From positions 1 to 25,974 of the IMG/VR virus record IMGVR_UViG_3300017754_000326: a stretch of 25,974 nt of DNA; one strand, given 5' to 3'. Positions 1 through 8,408 of this stretch are shown piece after piece; position 1 is the first letter of the stretch; each line of letters begins with the position of its first letter. Position numbers and translations under genes: made by a program. The DNA is from a virus. Taxonomy: Duplodnaviria > Caudoviricetes. The notes under the pieces are model-generated. The model was not told the origin of the DNA. It saw only the letters and a list, made by a program, of their open reading frames with translations, and did no database searches.

Positions 1-320
1 GAAGAACTTGAACCAATACCTGATCTTGCCGGCAAATCTCCATCATGGCTGATAGATATGCCATCTTCCATGTTCATAAATTGTAGGCAAGCCCTTGCTG
101 ATGGATGATTGATTTCAGCAATGCTCTGTGTGCTTTCTATGCGTGAATATACAATACGATTCTTGTATTCAAAGAATGGTTGAAGTTCTCGTAATGTAAT
201 CCAACAATACTTTGCCATAGCAGCAGAAACGATTGTGCTAGGGTTCGTTTCAAACCAAGCGGGATAATCAGTACCACCGCCAAATAAAGATAGTCTATAG
301 GGTGTTTTAGATATAATCAT
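1..320 (-). CDS. GHMP-family sugar kinase, HddA-like (heptose-7-phosphate 1-kinase family); 3' end runs off the window
   Basis: Not in the ORF track. Manual translation from ATG at 320 gives MIISKTPYRLSLFGGGTDYPAWF...ISISHDGDLPARSGIGSSS. It has the N-terminal P-x-R-x-S-x-x-GGGTD motif and the GHMP ATP-binding PxxSGxGSS motif. The start overlaps the upstream stop (ATGA). Confidence 0.9.
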   Translation of the reverse strand, partial: MIISKTPYRLSLFGGGTDYPAWFETNPSTIVSAAMAKYCWITLRELQPFFEYKNRIVYSRIESTQSIAEINHPSARACLQFMNMEDGISISHDGDLPARSGIGSSS

Positions 321-847
321 TTTTCTATGTAATAATCTCCATATTCAACCAATATCGTTGAGCGATTATCATCCCTCAATAATGCTCTCTCATATGCAGG
401 AAAGATTTGGTCTGGTTCATCAAGTCTTATAATCTCTACCGTCTTACACATTGATTTAAATGCATCGGTATAATCACCAATATGTTGGTGTTGTGGGTGT
501 AATGGTCTTTCAGACCCAATACTTGTTCGTATGATTACATTGGCTCTATAGTGAGACATTAGTGGCAACTTGTCTACATGATTCACTAGCTGATTGACAG
601 CACAGAGTAGAAAGTTCCATCGTGGGTAAATAGAAACAGGAATAACACCATTCAAAGCCATACCTAAAGACATACCCATTTGCATTTCTTCTGCAACAGG
701 AAGTTCTAGTAGTTTCTCTTTTGGAATATCTTTCAAAGTGTTTGACATTCCAGTTCCCGGATATGCAACCGCTTGACCCATAAACAGAACACGATTGTCT
801 GTTGCTAGGTATTCCATTGATCGTTTTAGTTCATCGAAATATTTCAA
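317..847 (-). CDS. TPP-dependent dehydrogenase E1-beta/transketolase pyrimidine-binding domain protein, lacking the C-terminal domain
   Basis: Motifs VLFMGQAV, ELPVAEEMQMGMSLGMALNG (conserved Glu), NFLLCAVNQLVN and PQHQH. Only 176 aa. TTG start overlaps the E1-alpha stop. Confidence 0.85.
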   Translation of the reverse strand: MKYFDELKRSMEYLATDNRVLFMGQAVAYPGTGMSNTLKDIPKEKLLELPVAEEMQMGMSLGMALNGVIPVSIYPRWNFLLCAVNQLVNHVDKLPLMSHYRANVIIRTSIGSERPLHPQHQHIGDYTDAFKSMCKTVEIIRLDEPDQIFPAYERALLRDDNRSTILVEYGDYYIEK

Positions 848-1449
848 AATTGTACCCTCACTCCAGCACCCGCATGAGGGTACTTAGTTTCATATTCATA
901 GTAGTGTAGATGTTTAGAAAACATATTCTTCCAAACTCCATATTTGAAATATGGTTGTTCATACTTCCATACTTCTTTCGTATCCGTACAAACTGATTTG
1001 CCATTATTTTCAATGATGAATTTTATAGGCAAATTATGATTGACTGCATACTTAACGCATTCATGTGCCATACCAGATTCGGAGGTCATATCGCCAATGA
1101 AACAATATACCTGTGCATCATCTTTTATTGACATAGCAGTACCAAGTGCAATAGGTAAATTGCCTCCTACGATTGCGGAAGAATAGATTCTATATTCAGG
1201 AAAGCAAAGAGAGATAGAACGACCTTCGATGATTTCTTTTTCAACCAATTCTTTTGGTACACCCTTAAGTAGGCATTGATAGTGTGAACGCCATGAACAA
1301 AACACCCAATCTTTATCCCTTATCTCGGAGAAAATTTTAATCATCTGATCTTCGTTGCCGCTGTATAGATGGACAGGTGCTCGTATCTTGCCTTGATTAA
1401 ACAACGATGCGATGTGTTCTTCAAATTGTATAAGTTCTTCTTTAGTCAC
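844..1449 (-). CDS. TPP-dependent dehydrogenase E1-alpha-like subunit, minimal
   Basis: Motifs PVHLYSGNE, WRSHYQCL and SAIVGGNLPIALGTA. TPP/Mg motif GD(M)...ENN in CFIGDMTSESG...FIIENNG. GTG start overlaps the radical SAM stop. Confidence 0.88.
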   Translation of the reverse strand: MTKEELIQFEEHIASLFNQGKIRAPVHLYSGNEDQMIKIFSEIRDKDWVFCSWRSHYQCLLKGVPKELVEKEIIEGRSISLCFPEYRIYSSAIVGGNLPIALGTAMSIKDDAQVYCFIGDMTSESGMAHECVKYAVNHNLPIKFIIENNGKSVCTDTKEVWKYEQPYFKYGVWKNMFSKHLHYYEYETKYPHAGAGVRVQF

Positions 1450-2956
1450 CGAGTATCTTTCTTTTCAGTTTGATTTGTGCCATTTCTTCTACATTCTTTC
1501 GTGATTGTTCACCAAACTTCTTTTCAACCAAATTTAAAAATGGTTGATGAGTAAAGTATTTCTGCCATGCTTCATCACGAAACTTCAACACTTCTGCACC
1601 AGACAAATACTTTGTTCGCATTGGCTTACAATCATAAGATAGGAATGCATATTCTTCAAATGACTGTGGTAATTCCCAGTTATTATTTTTTGCAATCATA
1701 TACAACGGACTACCAGGAAGTGCCATCGCCGCATAAAAATTACCATGCTCACAATTCAAATCAAGTGCTAAGTCTAATGTCTCTTGCATTGTGCCATAGT
1801 TATCATCAGGAAAGCCAAACATATAGTTACCAAGAACATTGATATCGGCATCTTTAATCTGTTTGACTACATCACGAATGTTGACCTGTTTGAATCTACC
1901 CTTATCAATCTCAAGTCTAACATCTTGATTACCTGATTCGATACCAAGGGCTAACCAATTGACGCCCGCTTTCTTAAATAACTCCAATTGGTCTTCTCGT
2001 ACAGAATCGACACGCGCATATGCCCAAAAGTTAAATTTCATACCACGATCAACCAATCCTTGGAGAATTGGTACATAATACTTCTTGTTCAAAAAGAACA
2101 TTTCATCGGTCAATCTAACTGTACGAACACCATTTTCATATAGGTGTTGAAATTCTTTCAGCATTAATTCTGGTGACCAAAATCTCATACCTCTAGAATC
2201 TTGTGATGTTACACCTTCTTCATGGGATGTTCTGTTCACAATATTAATCATACAAAAGTTACAACCAAATTGGCAACCTAGGGAAGTATAAACTGCCGCA
2301 AATGGTGTACGACCTTCATGCGAAAAATTGGAATGCCAAAAGTGTGAACGATACTTGTCTAGCAGGTACTTGTCTTTTGGTAATAGATCCCATGCATACC
2401 CAGGCATGACAGTATCCATTTCTGATGTTGGTACTATGCAACCACCCGAGGTTGGTCTTGGCAAACCATATTTTTTATACCACATTCCGCGAACTGCATC
2501 TAGATTGTCTTCTAGATTGGTCTCCAATAAGTCTAGCAGACCATAGACACCTTCATTAATGAATGCAAAATCAACATACTTAAATTGGATTACTTCATGT
2601 GGTAATGCCGATGCATGAGAGCCAATGAATGCAATCTTTAGATTTGGGTGTGACAGTTTTAATTGTGTTGCAAGAGAACTGGCACCAATCATCATGGTGG
2701 TACCAGAATTTGGATTTTGTCCGTATAGGACAAATACAACTAATTTGGGTTTAGTCTTCTCAATTTCTTCTGCTGCATCCTCATCTGACATAGGACAAGC
2801 ATCGAAATCCAAAATACAAGGTTCATGTCCTTTTACACGAACAGCATTAGCCAACAATGCTGCCCATGTAGGCATTTCAATCGCTGAATGAACCTTTGAT
2901 AAATCTTGGTAAGCTTTAGCTGCGCTACTTGGTACAACAAAACACACATTAGACAT
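1442..2956 (-). CDS. Cobalamin-binding radical SAM protein (class B methyltransferase-like architecture)
   Basis: N-terminal B12-binding Rossmann-like region (IAFIGSHASALP, INEG). CxxxCxxC motif in SLGCQFGCNFC, followed by DEMF, GIESGN and YMFGFP motifs. GGAG RBS upstream. Confidence 0.92.
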   Translation of the reverse strand: MSNVCFVVPSSAAKAYQDLSKVHSAIEMPTWAALLANAVRVKGHEPCILDFDACPMSDEDAAEEIEKTKPKLVVFVLYGQNPNSGTTMMIGASSLATQLKLSHPNLKIAFIGSHASALPHEVIQFKYVDFAFINEGVYGLLDLLETNLEDNLDAVRGMWYKKYGLPRPTSGGCIVPTSEMDTVMPGYAWDLLPKDKYLLDKYRSHFWHSNFSHEGRTPFAAVYTSLGCQFGCNFCMINIVNRTSHEEGVTSQDSRGMRFWSPELMLKEFQHLYENGVRTVRLTDEMFFLNKKYYVPILQGLVDRGMKFNFWAYARVDSVREDQLELFKKAGVNWLALGIESGNQDVRLEIDKGRFKQVNIRDVVKQIKDADINVLGNYMFGFPDDNYGTMQETLDLALDLNCEHGNFYAAMALPGSPLYMIAKNNNWELPQSFEEYAFLSYDCKPMRTKYLSGAEVLKFRDEAWQKYFTHQPFLNLVEKKFGEQSRKNVEEMAQIKLKRKILGD

Positions 2957-2969
2957 AACAACTCCATTA

Positions 2970-3341
2970 TTAATGAAGGATTCTTTTTGTTCCTTCCTGA
3001 ATTTCTTCTACTTCCTCATCCAATTCTTCATCATCATCTTCTTCGTAACTATTTAGTGCGTCTTCAAATTGATTGAGAACATTGTCATAATGCTCAATTA
3101 AATCTTCTCTTGGTTCAAATACACTTAGTATATCTGACATATAAAGTATAGCTTCGTTATCTTTGATTATCTCAACTGGTAACCATGGCATCATCATCAT
3201 TACTGATCTACCATTGGGCAATCGTTTAAGTATAACGTGCATTGGTTTATCTAAAAGTACCGTATCGTTTTCTTCATCTTCCATATAATTGGCGATGATA
3301 TCTTCACCAGATTGGAGACGAACTATTTTTATGTTATTCAT
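2970..3341 (-). CDS. Conserved T4-like phage hypothetical protein downstream of uvsW, probable Sm-like fold with acidic tail
   Basis: IKIVRLQSGEDIIA...MMPWL pattern, acidic C-terminus, ATGA overlap with uvsW. Confidence 0.6.
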   Translation of the reverse strand: MNNIKIVRLQSGEDIIANYMEDEENDTVLLDKPMHVILKRLPNGRSVMMMMPWLPVEIIKDNEAILYMSDILSVFEPREDLIEHYDNVLNQFEDALNSYEEDDDEELDEEVEEIQEGTKRILH

Positions 3342-4798
3342 GTTTTCAACTCTATCGGGTAAATTTTGTATTCAAATTTTTCATCATCATAGATTTTCAA
3401 TCTCTCTATGAAATGCTTTAAGGTGTAGTTTGTAAACTTACCTACACGGAAATCATCTGCTATATCAAACAAAGTAGCAGCAGTTTTGTTATCACCTACA
3501 CGCAGACCTCTACCTATTGACTGCAAATTCCTAATCCTAGACTTCGAAGGAGAGGCAAAGAGTACGTTATGTAAGTTTCGAATGTTAATGCCAGTAGAAA
3601 AAGTACCATAAGAAGCAACAATAATGGCATCAGATTCTTTTTCAGTAATAGAACGAATTGATTCCCTAACCTCAACATCGGTGCCACCATATACGAAAAA
3701 TATACGGCGTTTGCCAGCAGATTCTTTAATAGTCTCATACAAATCTTTTCCATGTTTCTCTACAAATTGGAATAATATTAGAGAGTTACCTTGTAATGAT
3801 AAGGCAAGATTCTTTATGAACTGGTTTCTAGCATCGTTTCTAACAATGTATTCCATTTCATCATTGTAGTTCCAACCCTTCGCTACTTTACAGATTGAAT
3901 CTGGATACTTCAATACTAGGCATTTAATTTTGAAGTCAGCAAGATGCCCCTTATCAATTAACTCTGATGTTGTGGTTGCCTTATAGACTGGACCAAATAG
4001 TCCTTCTAGTACCAATCTATGAGTCTGTGTACCATCAAGTGTACCTGTAGTGCCTATTCTATATTTAGAGTTGACACAACCAGATAATATTGTAGTTAGA
4101 GATTTGGCTTTAAATTGGTGTGCTTCATCACCAAGAACAAAATCAAATTGGTCAAAGTATTCTGGACCATTTTTGTAGATAGATTGCCAAGTGGTAATTG
4201 TAAGAAACATATTGGTGTGCTTCTCTTTACCAGCATACTGCCGATGGCAATACTTGGATGATTCATAACCATAGTCTTCAAAGTCTTTATACATCTGTTC
4301 AACCAATGAAGTGGTTGGAACAATTAAAAGACCACGCTTATGTTCTTGTTGTAGATATCTGATGATGAGATATAGTATCAGAGATTTACCTGATGCTGTT
4401 GGTGATAGTAACAATACACGCTTATTACGCACAGCATGGAGAAAAGATTTGAGTTGATACTCTCTTACTTCAAATGGTAAGTTAAGAGTCTGAATAAATT
4501 CCATCGCTTCAACACCAGAGAAGCTTTGTGTAACAAGTAAATCAGAATCTATTGAAAGTTTATAGTCTCGCTCATCACAAAACTTTTGGATATAAGGTAT
4601 CAATCCACGATAGATGGTGAATGATCTTAGGTCAGCAAGGCGTATTTTGCCATCCCACATCCTAGATTTGTATGCGGGAGTAAACTGATAACCTGGTACA
4701 TAGAAAGTAAAGTAGTCACTCATCTCCTGAGCAACACCTTTGTCGCATTCAAAGGTAATGAATGCTTCATTCTTTCTATGTAATGTTAGGTTATACAC
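3338..4798 (-). CDS. uvsW: UvsW SF2 DNA helicase
   Basis: Walker A SPTASGKS, DEAH box, GTTGT, STGINI and QSIGRGLR. N-terminal WDGKIRL. Adjacent to uvsY. Confidence 0.96.
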   Translation of the reverse strand: MYNLTLHRKNEAFITFECDKGVAQEMSDYFTFYVPGYQFTPAYKSRMWDGKIRLADLRSFTIYRGLIPYIQKFCDERDYKLSIDSDLLVTQSFSGVEAMEFIQTLNLPFEVREYQLKSFLHAVRNKRVLLLSPTASGKSLILYLIIRYLQQEHKRGLLIVPTTSLVEQMYKDFEDYGYESSKYCHRQYAGKEKHTNMFLTITTWQSIYKNGPEYFDQFDFVLGDEAHQFKAKSLTTILSGCVNSKYRIGTTGTLDGTQTHRLVLEGLFGPVYKATTTSELIDKGHLADFKIKCLVLKYPDSICKVAKGWNYNDEMEYIVRNDARNQFIKNLALSLQGNSLILFQFVEKHGKDLYETIKESAGKRRIFFVYGGTDVEVRESIRSITEKESDAIIVASYGTFSTGINIRNLHNVLFASPSKSRIRNLQSIGRGLRVGDNKTAATLFDIADDFRVGKFTNYTLKHFIERLKIYDDEKFEYKIYPIELKT

Positions 4799-5225
4799 CT
4801 TGAATAAATCTTTCCCATGCTATATAATCACGCAGTTGGAATGTACGAGAGTTTAGTTCTTTCATTATACTCTGGCACAATTCTACAATCTCATCATTAA
4901 CAGTTTTCATTGCGATATACTTGTTGATATCTTCATCGCTCTCCAAGTATGTAGTTATCTCGGATTTAAGCACATAGGGAAATGGCTCCCAACCATATTG
5001 ACCCAGTTGTTCATCATCAAGTTTACCAGTATAGTATTCCCATTTCAATCGTTTCATTTTGTTATACTTGAACTCAGCCTCTTTGGAAAGTAGGCGATGT
5101 TTTGAAAGTATGGTGAGATACTTACTGTGCAATTTGGGTATATCAAGTAATGCTTTGCCTGGTTCCGTGCGATCAATATCACAATCTTTACGCCACATCT
5201 CCAGCAATTCTTCAATTTTGGTCAT
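4791..5225 (-). CDS. uvsY: UvsY recombination mediator
   Basis: PKLHSKYL, KWEYYTGK and YLESDEDI motifs; sits between gp3 and uvsW. Confidence 0.92.
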   Translation of the reverse strand: MTKIEELLEMWRKDCDIDRTEPGKALLDIPKLHSKYLTILSKHRLLSKEAEFKYNKMKRLKWEYYTGKLDDEQLGQYGWEPFPYVLKSEITTYLESDEDINKYIAMKTVNDEIVELCQSIMKELNSRTFQLRDYIAWERFIQGV

Positions 5226-5246
5226 AGTATAAAACCTCCTAGTAGG

Positions 5247-5275
5247 AGTATATCAAATCACAAACAAGTTGTCAA
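5247..5275 (-). promoter_or_regulatory. Sigma70-type (early/middle) promoter for uvsY-uvsW and downstream genes
   Basis: Minus strand reads TTGACA (5275-5270), a 17 nt spacer ending in TGA (extended -10 TGn), then TATACT (5252-5247). An AGGAGG RBS follows before the uvsY ATG. Confidence 0.85.
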
Positions 5276-5282
5276 TCAAAAA

Positions 5283-5855
5283 TTAAAATGTACCCAAATG
5301 TTGTTTGGCAGTTTGAGGTATAACATCATAGTAACTATACCTAAATGTTGCATCGGCAGTCAATATGGTTTCAGGATCATCTTGCACATTCATTACGAAT
5401 GCCGATATTGAAACCGGAAAACATTCGTGAAAATGGAAGCTGGTGAATGGATTATTTGATGAATTGTAGATAGTCAATGTGGCATCAGAGAATTGTGGAA
5501 ATGTTTTACTAATGTCCGATTCGACGGATGCATATCTATTTAATCTATTTAAATTTTGATATTCCGAAAATCTGGTTGGAAAAGTCATACCTCTAATCCA
5601 ATCATGTATCTCCAACCAACCAGTCAAATTTTCATCAATGATAAAGGTAACATTCAATAGGTCATAGATAGCTTTTTCACCTGGTGAATATATGTCAACG
5701 AATGGAGTATTTCGCATAACTTCTGACAATGAAATGCCAGGAACACTTACATTCTGGCAGAAGTATTGCATATTTGGTGCGCGTCCAAATGTCAACAGAA
5801 ATTTATTCGGTTGTAATGGATTTGGATTGGCAGGGTTTCTTGTTAGTACGCTCAT
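5283..5855 (-). CDS. gp3: gp3-like tail completion / tube terminator protein
   Basis: NPLQPNKF, YFCQNVSVPGIS, FIIDENLTGWLEIHDWI and ATFRYSYY motifs; located between gp23 and uvsY. Confidence 0.88.
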   Translation of the reverse strand: MSVLTRNPANPNPLQPNKFLLTFGRAPNMQYFCQNVSVPGISLSEVMRNTPFVDIYSPGEKAIYDLLNVTFIIDENLTGWLEIHDWIRGMTFPTRFSEYQNLNRLNRYASVESDISKTFPQFSDATLTIYNSSNNPFTSFHFHECFPVSISAFVMNVQDDPETILTADATFRYSYYDVIPQTAKQHLGTF

Positions 5856-5862
5856 AGTATCC

Positions 5863-5870
5863 TATTTATA
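5863..5870 (-). promoter_or_regulatory. T4-type late promoter TATAAATA for gp3
   Basis: Exact consensus, 7 nt before the gp3 ATG and just after the gp23 terminator. Confidence 0.85.
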
Positions 5871-5874
5871 AGAT

Positions 5875-5933
5875 AAAAAAAGAGACCTCTTTTTAGGGAG
5901 GTCTCTTTAAAGGTCACTCTACGGTGACTTTTT
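5875..5933 (-). terminator. Tandem hairpins / intrinsic terminator after gp23
   Basis: Minus strand reads AAAAGTCAC-CGTAGA-GTGACCTTT, then AAGAGACCTC-CCTAAAAA-GAGGTCTCTT followed by a T-tract. Confidence 0.88.
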
Positions 5934-5934
5934 A

Positions 5935-7293
5935 TTACATGATGTTGGCAATACGGAATGAACGGTAGTAGTTGTTCAACTGTGCGTTCAAACCACCAAG
6001 ACCTTGGCTGGTACCTTCAGCAAATGGGTTAGCAACTAGACCGTAACGAGTCTTGAAGCCAATCTTTGGCTGGAATGTACCGGTATCAACTGCACGAACC
6101 ATTTGTAGAGGAACGTATGGGCAGTAGAAAATACCAGCATCGTATGCATTAGAACCCTTGTAACCAACAACTGCAAATTCAGAAGTAGAACCTGCTGGGA
6201 AGTATGGGTCAATGTATACTTTGATACGACCGAACATGGTACCTGCAAAGGTGTTACCAGTATCGTCAACGGTTAGATTAACTTGACCTTGTAGTGCTGA
6301 TTGATAGTCAAGAATACCAGCCATTGCAAAAGCAGAAGCAACATCTGACGAGCAGATCATAATGTTACCCTTACCACGACGAGTTGTCTTGGCAATGGTG
6401 TTAGCTTCACGTTCGATTTGGAATGCAAGACCCTTAACTTTTTCAACCATCCAACGACCGTTTGAGTCGGTGTCTAGGTCAAATGTGCCGCGGGTTGTGG
6501 TACCAACTTGTGCACCTAGTCTAGCAACACCGTAGATTGTACGAACAACTTCACGGTTGATTTCAGCAAGAATTTCTGTTGAAAGAATGTTTGCTAGTTC
6601 GGTTTCTGCATCTAGACCATGAACTGCTTTCAAGTCTTGAGCAAGTTCCATTGAGTATTCTGCCTTCAAAGCGCGAGTCTTTGCAGTAACAGTAACTTTC
6701 TCAATTGAGAATGCCATTTCTTGGAAGGTGTTACCTGCTGCACCATCACCTAGAGCTTCAGCAGAACCGGTTGACATTGCTGGACCAGCGGCTGCGTTGC
6801 TAACAAAGGTTTCTGTGGTGTTTGCAGCAAGACCTAGAGAGGTCAACTGTGCAAGAATTGCTGCTGTCAATGCTGTGTTAGCACCTGAGAACTGGGTGTT
6901 AGCTTCGTTGTAGAAAGCTTCTGTACCAGCTTGGTTGGTGTAACGAGTACGCATTGCGAAAATCAAACCAGTTGGACCTGTCATTGGCTGAACACCGCAA
7001 ATGTCATAAGCGATTAGGTTAGGCAATGAACGGCGAACCAATGAGATTAGGATTGGATCGAAACCAGCAACTGGACCTGCTGCTGCTGCGCCACCACCGA
7101 AACCGCCTGTACCAGCGAAGTTTGTTGGTGAACCGGCTTCGTGAAGAATGCCAGCTTCTTTCTGCATCTCAACTGCTTGGTTTTCTAGAATAACTGCTGT
7201 AACCGCTTTACGGTATGGGTCTGTGATCTTTGGAAGATCAGCGTGTTCTAGAACACCTTCCCATTTTTTTTGTAGACCTTCGGACAAATACAT
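5935..7293 (-). CDS. gp23: Major capsid protein gp23
   Basis: LIAYDICGVQPMTGPTGLIFAMR, AKTRALKAEYSMELAQDLKAVHGLDAE, FYCPYVPLQM and FQPKIGFKTRYG. Confidence 0.99.
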   Translation of the reverse strand: MYLSEGLQKKWEGVLEHADLPKITDPYRKAVTAVILENQAVEMQKEAGILHEAGSPTNFAGTGGFGGGAAAAGPVAGFDPILISLVRRSLPNLIAYDICGVQPMTGPTGLIFAMRTRYTNQAGTEAFYNEANTQFSGANTALTAAILAQLTSLGLAANTTETFVSNAAAGPAMSTGSAEALGDGAAGNTFQEMAFSIEKVTVTAKTRALKAEYSMELAQDLKAVHGLDAETELANILSTEILAEINREVVRTIYGVARLGAQVGTTTRGTFDLDTDSNGRWMVEKVKGLAFQIEREANTIAKTTRRGKGNIMICSSDVASAFAMAGILDYQSALQGQVNLTVDDTGNTFAGTMFGRIKVYIDPYFPAGSTSEFAVVGYKGSNAYDAGIFYCPYVPLQMVRAVDTGTFQPKIGFKTRYGLVANPFAEGTSQGLGGLNAQLNNYYRSFRIANIM

Positions 7294-7315
7294 TTATTAT
7301 CTCCTTGTTTTACTA

Positions 7316-8374
7316 TTATAACTTAGTTTTTGAAATTGCTTTAGAAACAGCGGCAACAAATGGATCATTGATAGCAACATTGTTGGTTGTTTCTTCTACC
7401 TGTTCGTGAAGCTGGTCTTCAGTAGCTTTTTTGGCACCTGAAGGAAAGTAGTTCTCACGGATTGTCTCAAGTTTGGTTTTGTATTCGTCCTCTGTGGAGA
7501 ATTCAACACTCTCTGCGAGTGATTTGATTTTTTCAACTTGAGTAGTTGTAAGACCTTCGCATACATCACGGGTAATATCATTCTTGCGTGATTCTACAAG
7601 AGCCTTGGCATAAGAAATACCACGCTCAATTTCCTCATCAAGCTTGCTTTCAAGTTCTTCAACTTTACCTGCAAGTTCATCAACAAGGTCAACCTTATCT
7701 TCTGGAACATTGATGTAATGTTCAGCGAATAGGTTGCGTAGACCAGCAATGAATTCTTCTGAAAGTTCTGAACGTAGACCCGATTCGATTGCAAGTTCAT
7801 TGTCTTGCATCCATTGCTCAACAACATAGTTGAGATAATCATCAACCTTTTCGGTTAGGTCTTGGCTCATTTCTGCGATAGCTTCTTCAAGCATACCTGC
7901 ATACTTTGCTTCAACTTTTTCTTGAATCTGTGCTACACGATCTTCAACACGGGCTTCAAAAATGGTTGAAACTTTCTCTTTAAATTCTTCTGAAATAGTA
8001 GAATCGTCAGCAAAAAGGGCATTAACATCTTCCTTCATCTTTGCTTTCCATTCTTTCTTTTCTTCTAGTTGTTCTTCTGTTTCAGCAATGACTTCATCAT
8101 CCTGAACTTCTTCTTCTTTCATTGTCTTCTTACCACCGCCAAGCATTTCTTGCTTGTCTGGAGAAGCATCAGAAGATTTGGTTGTTGGAGCAGTAGCACT
8201 CTTGGTAGATGGAGTAATCTTTGCAGAATTATCATCGTTCTTATAATTCTGTGGAGTTGGTCCACCTGCATCGTGAATTTCTGCTGGTAGTTTTTCGGGA
8301 GGCATAGCACCAGCTTTACTCTTGCTTGATGCAAGAATTTCTGCTGCCGCTTCCATTAGTTTATTTGTTGCCAT
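7316..8374 (-). CDS. gp22: Prohead core scaffolding protein gp22
   Basis: Acidic coiled coil with FKEKVSTIFEA, VDDYLNYVVEQW and KLETIRENYF; lies between gp21 and gp23. Confidence 0.95.
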   Translation of the reverse strand: MATNKLMEAAAEILASSKSKAGAMPPEKLPAEIHDAGGPTPQNYKNDDNSAKITPSTKSATAPTTKSSDASPDKQEMLGGGKKTMKEEEVQDDEVIAETEEQLEEKKEWKAKMKEDVNALFADDSTISEEFKEKVSTIFEARVEDRVAQIQEKVEAKYAGMLEEAIAEMSQDLTEKVDDYLNYVVEQWMQDNELAIESGLRSELSEEFIAGLRNLFAEHYINVPEDKVDLVDELAGKVEELESKLDEEIERGISYAKALVESRKNDITRDVCEGLTTTQVEKIKSLAESVEFSTEDEYKTKLETIRENYFPSGAKKATEDQLHEQVEETTNNVAINDPFVAAVSKAISKTKL

Positions 8375-8396
8375 TAGGAATCTCCTTATGATTTCT

Positions 8397-8404
8397 TATT
8401 TATA
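8397..8404 (-). promoter_or_regulatory. T4-type late promoter TATAAATA for gp22-gp23
   Basis: Exact consensus in the intergenic gap, followed by an AAGGAG RBS. Confidence 0.85.
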
Positions 8405-8408
8405 AAAA

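Noticed and set aside
317-1449. Genuine pyruvate dehydrogenase auxiliary metabolic genes, or pseudogenes
   Set aside because: The subunits are too short for PDH and lack visible E2/E3 partners. Clean coupled junctions and retained TPP residues argue against decay.
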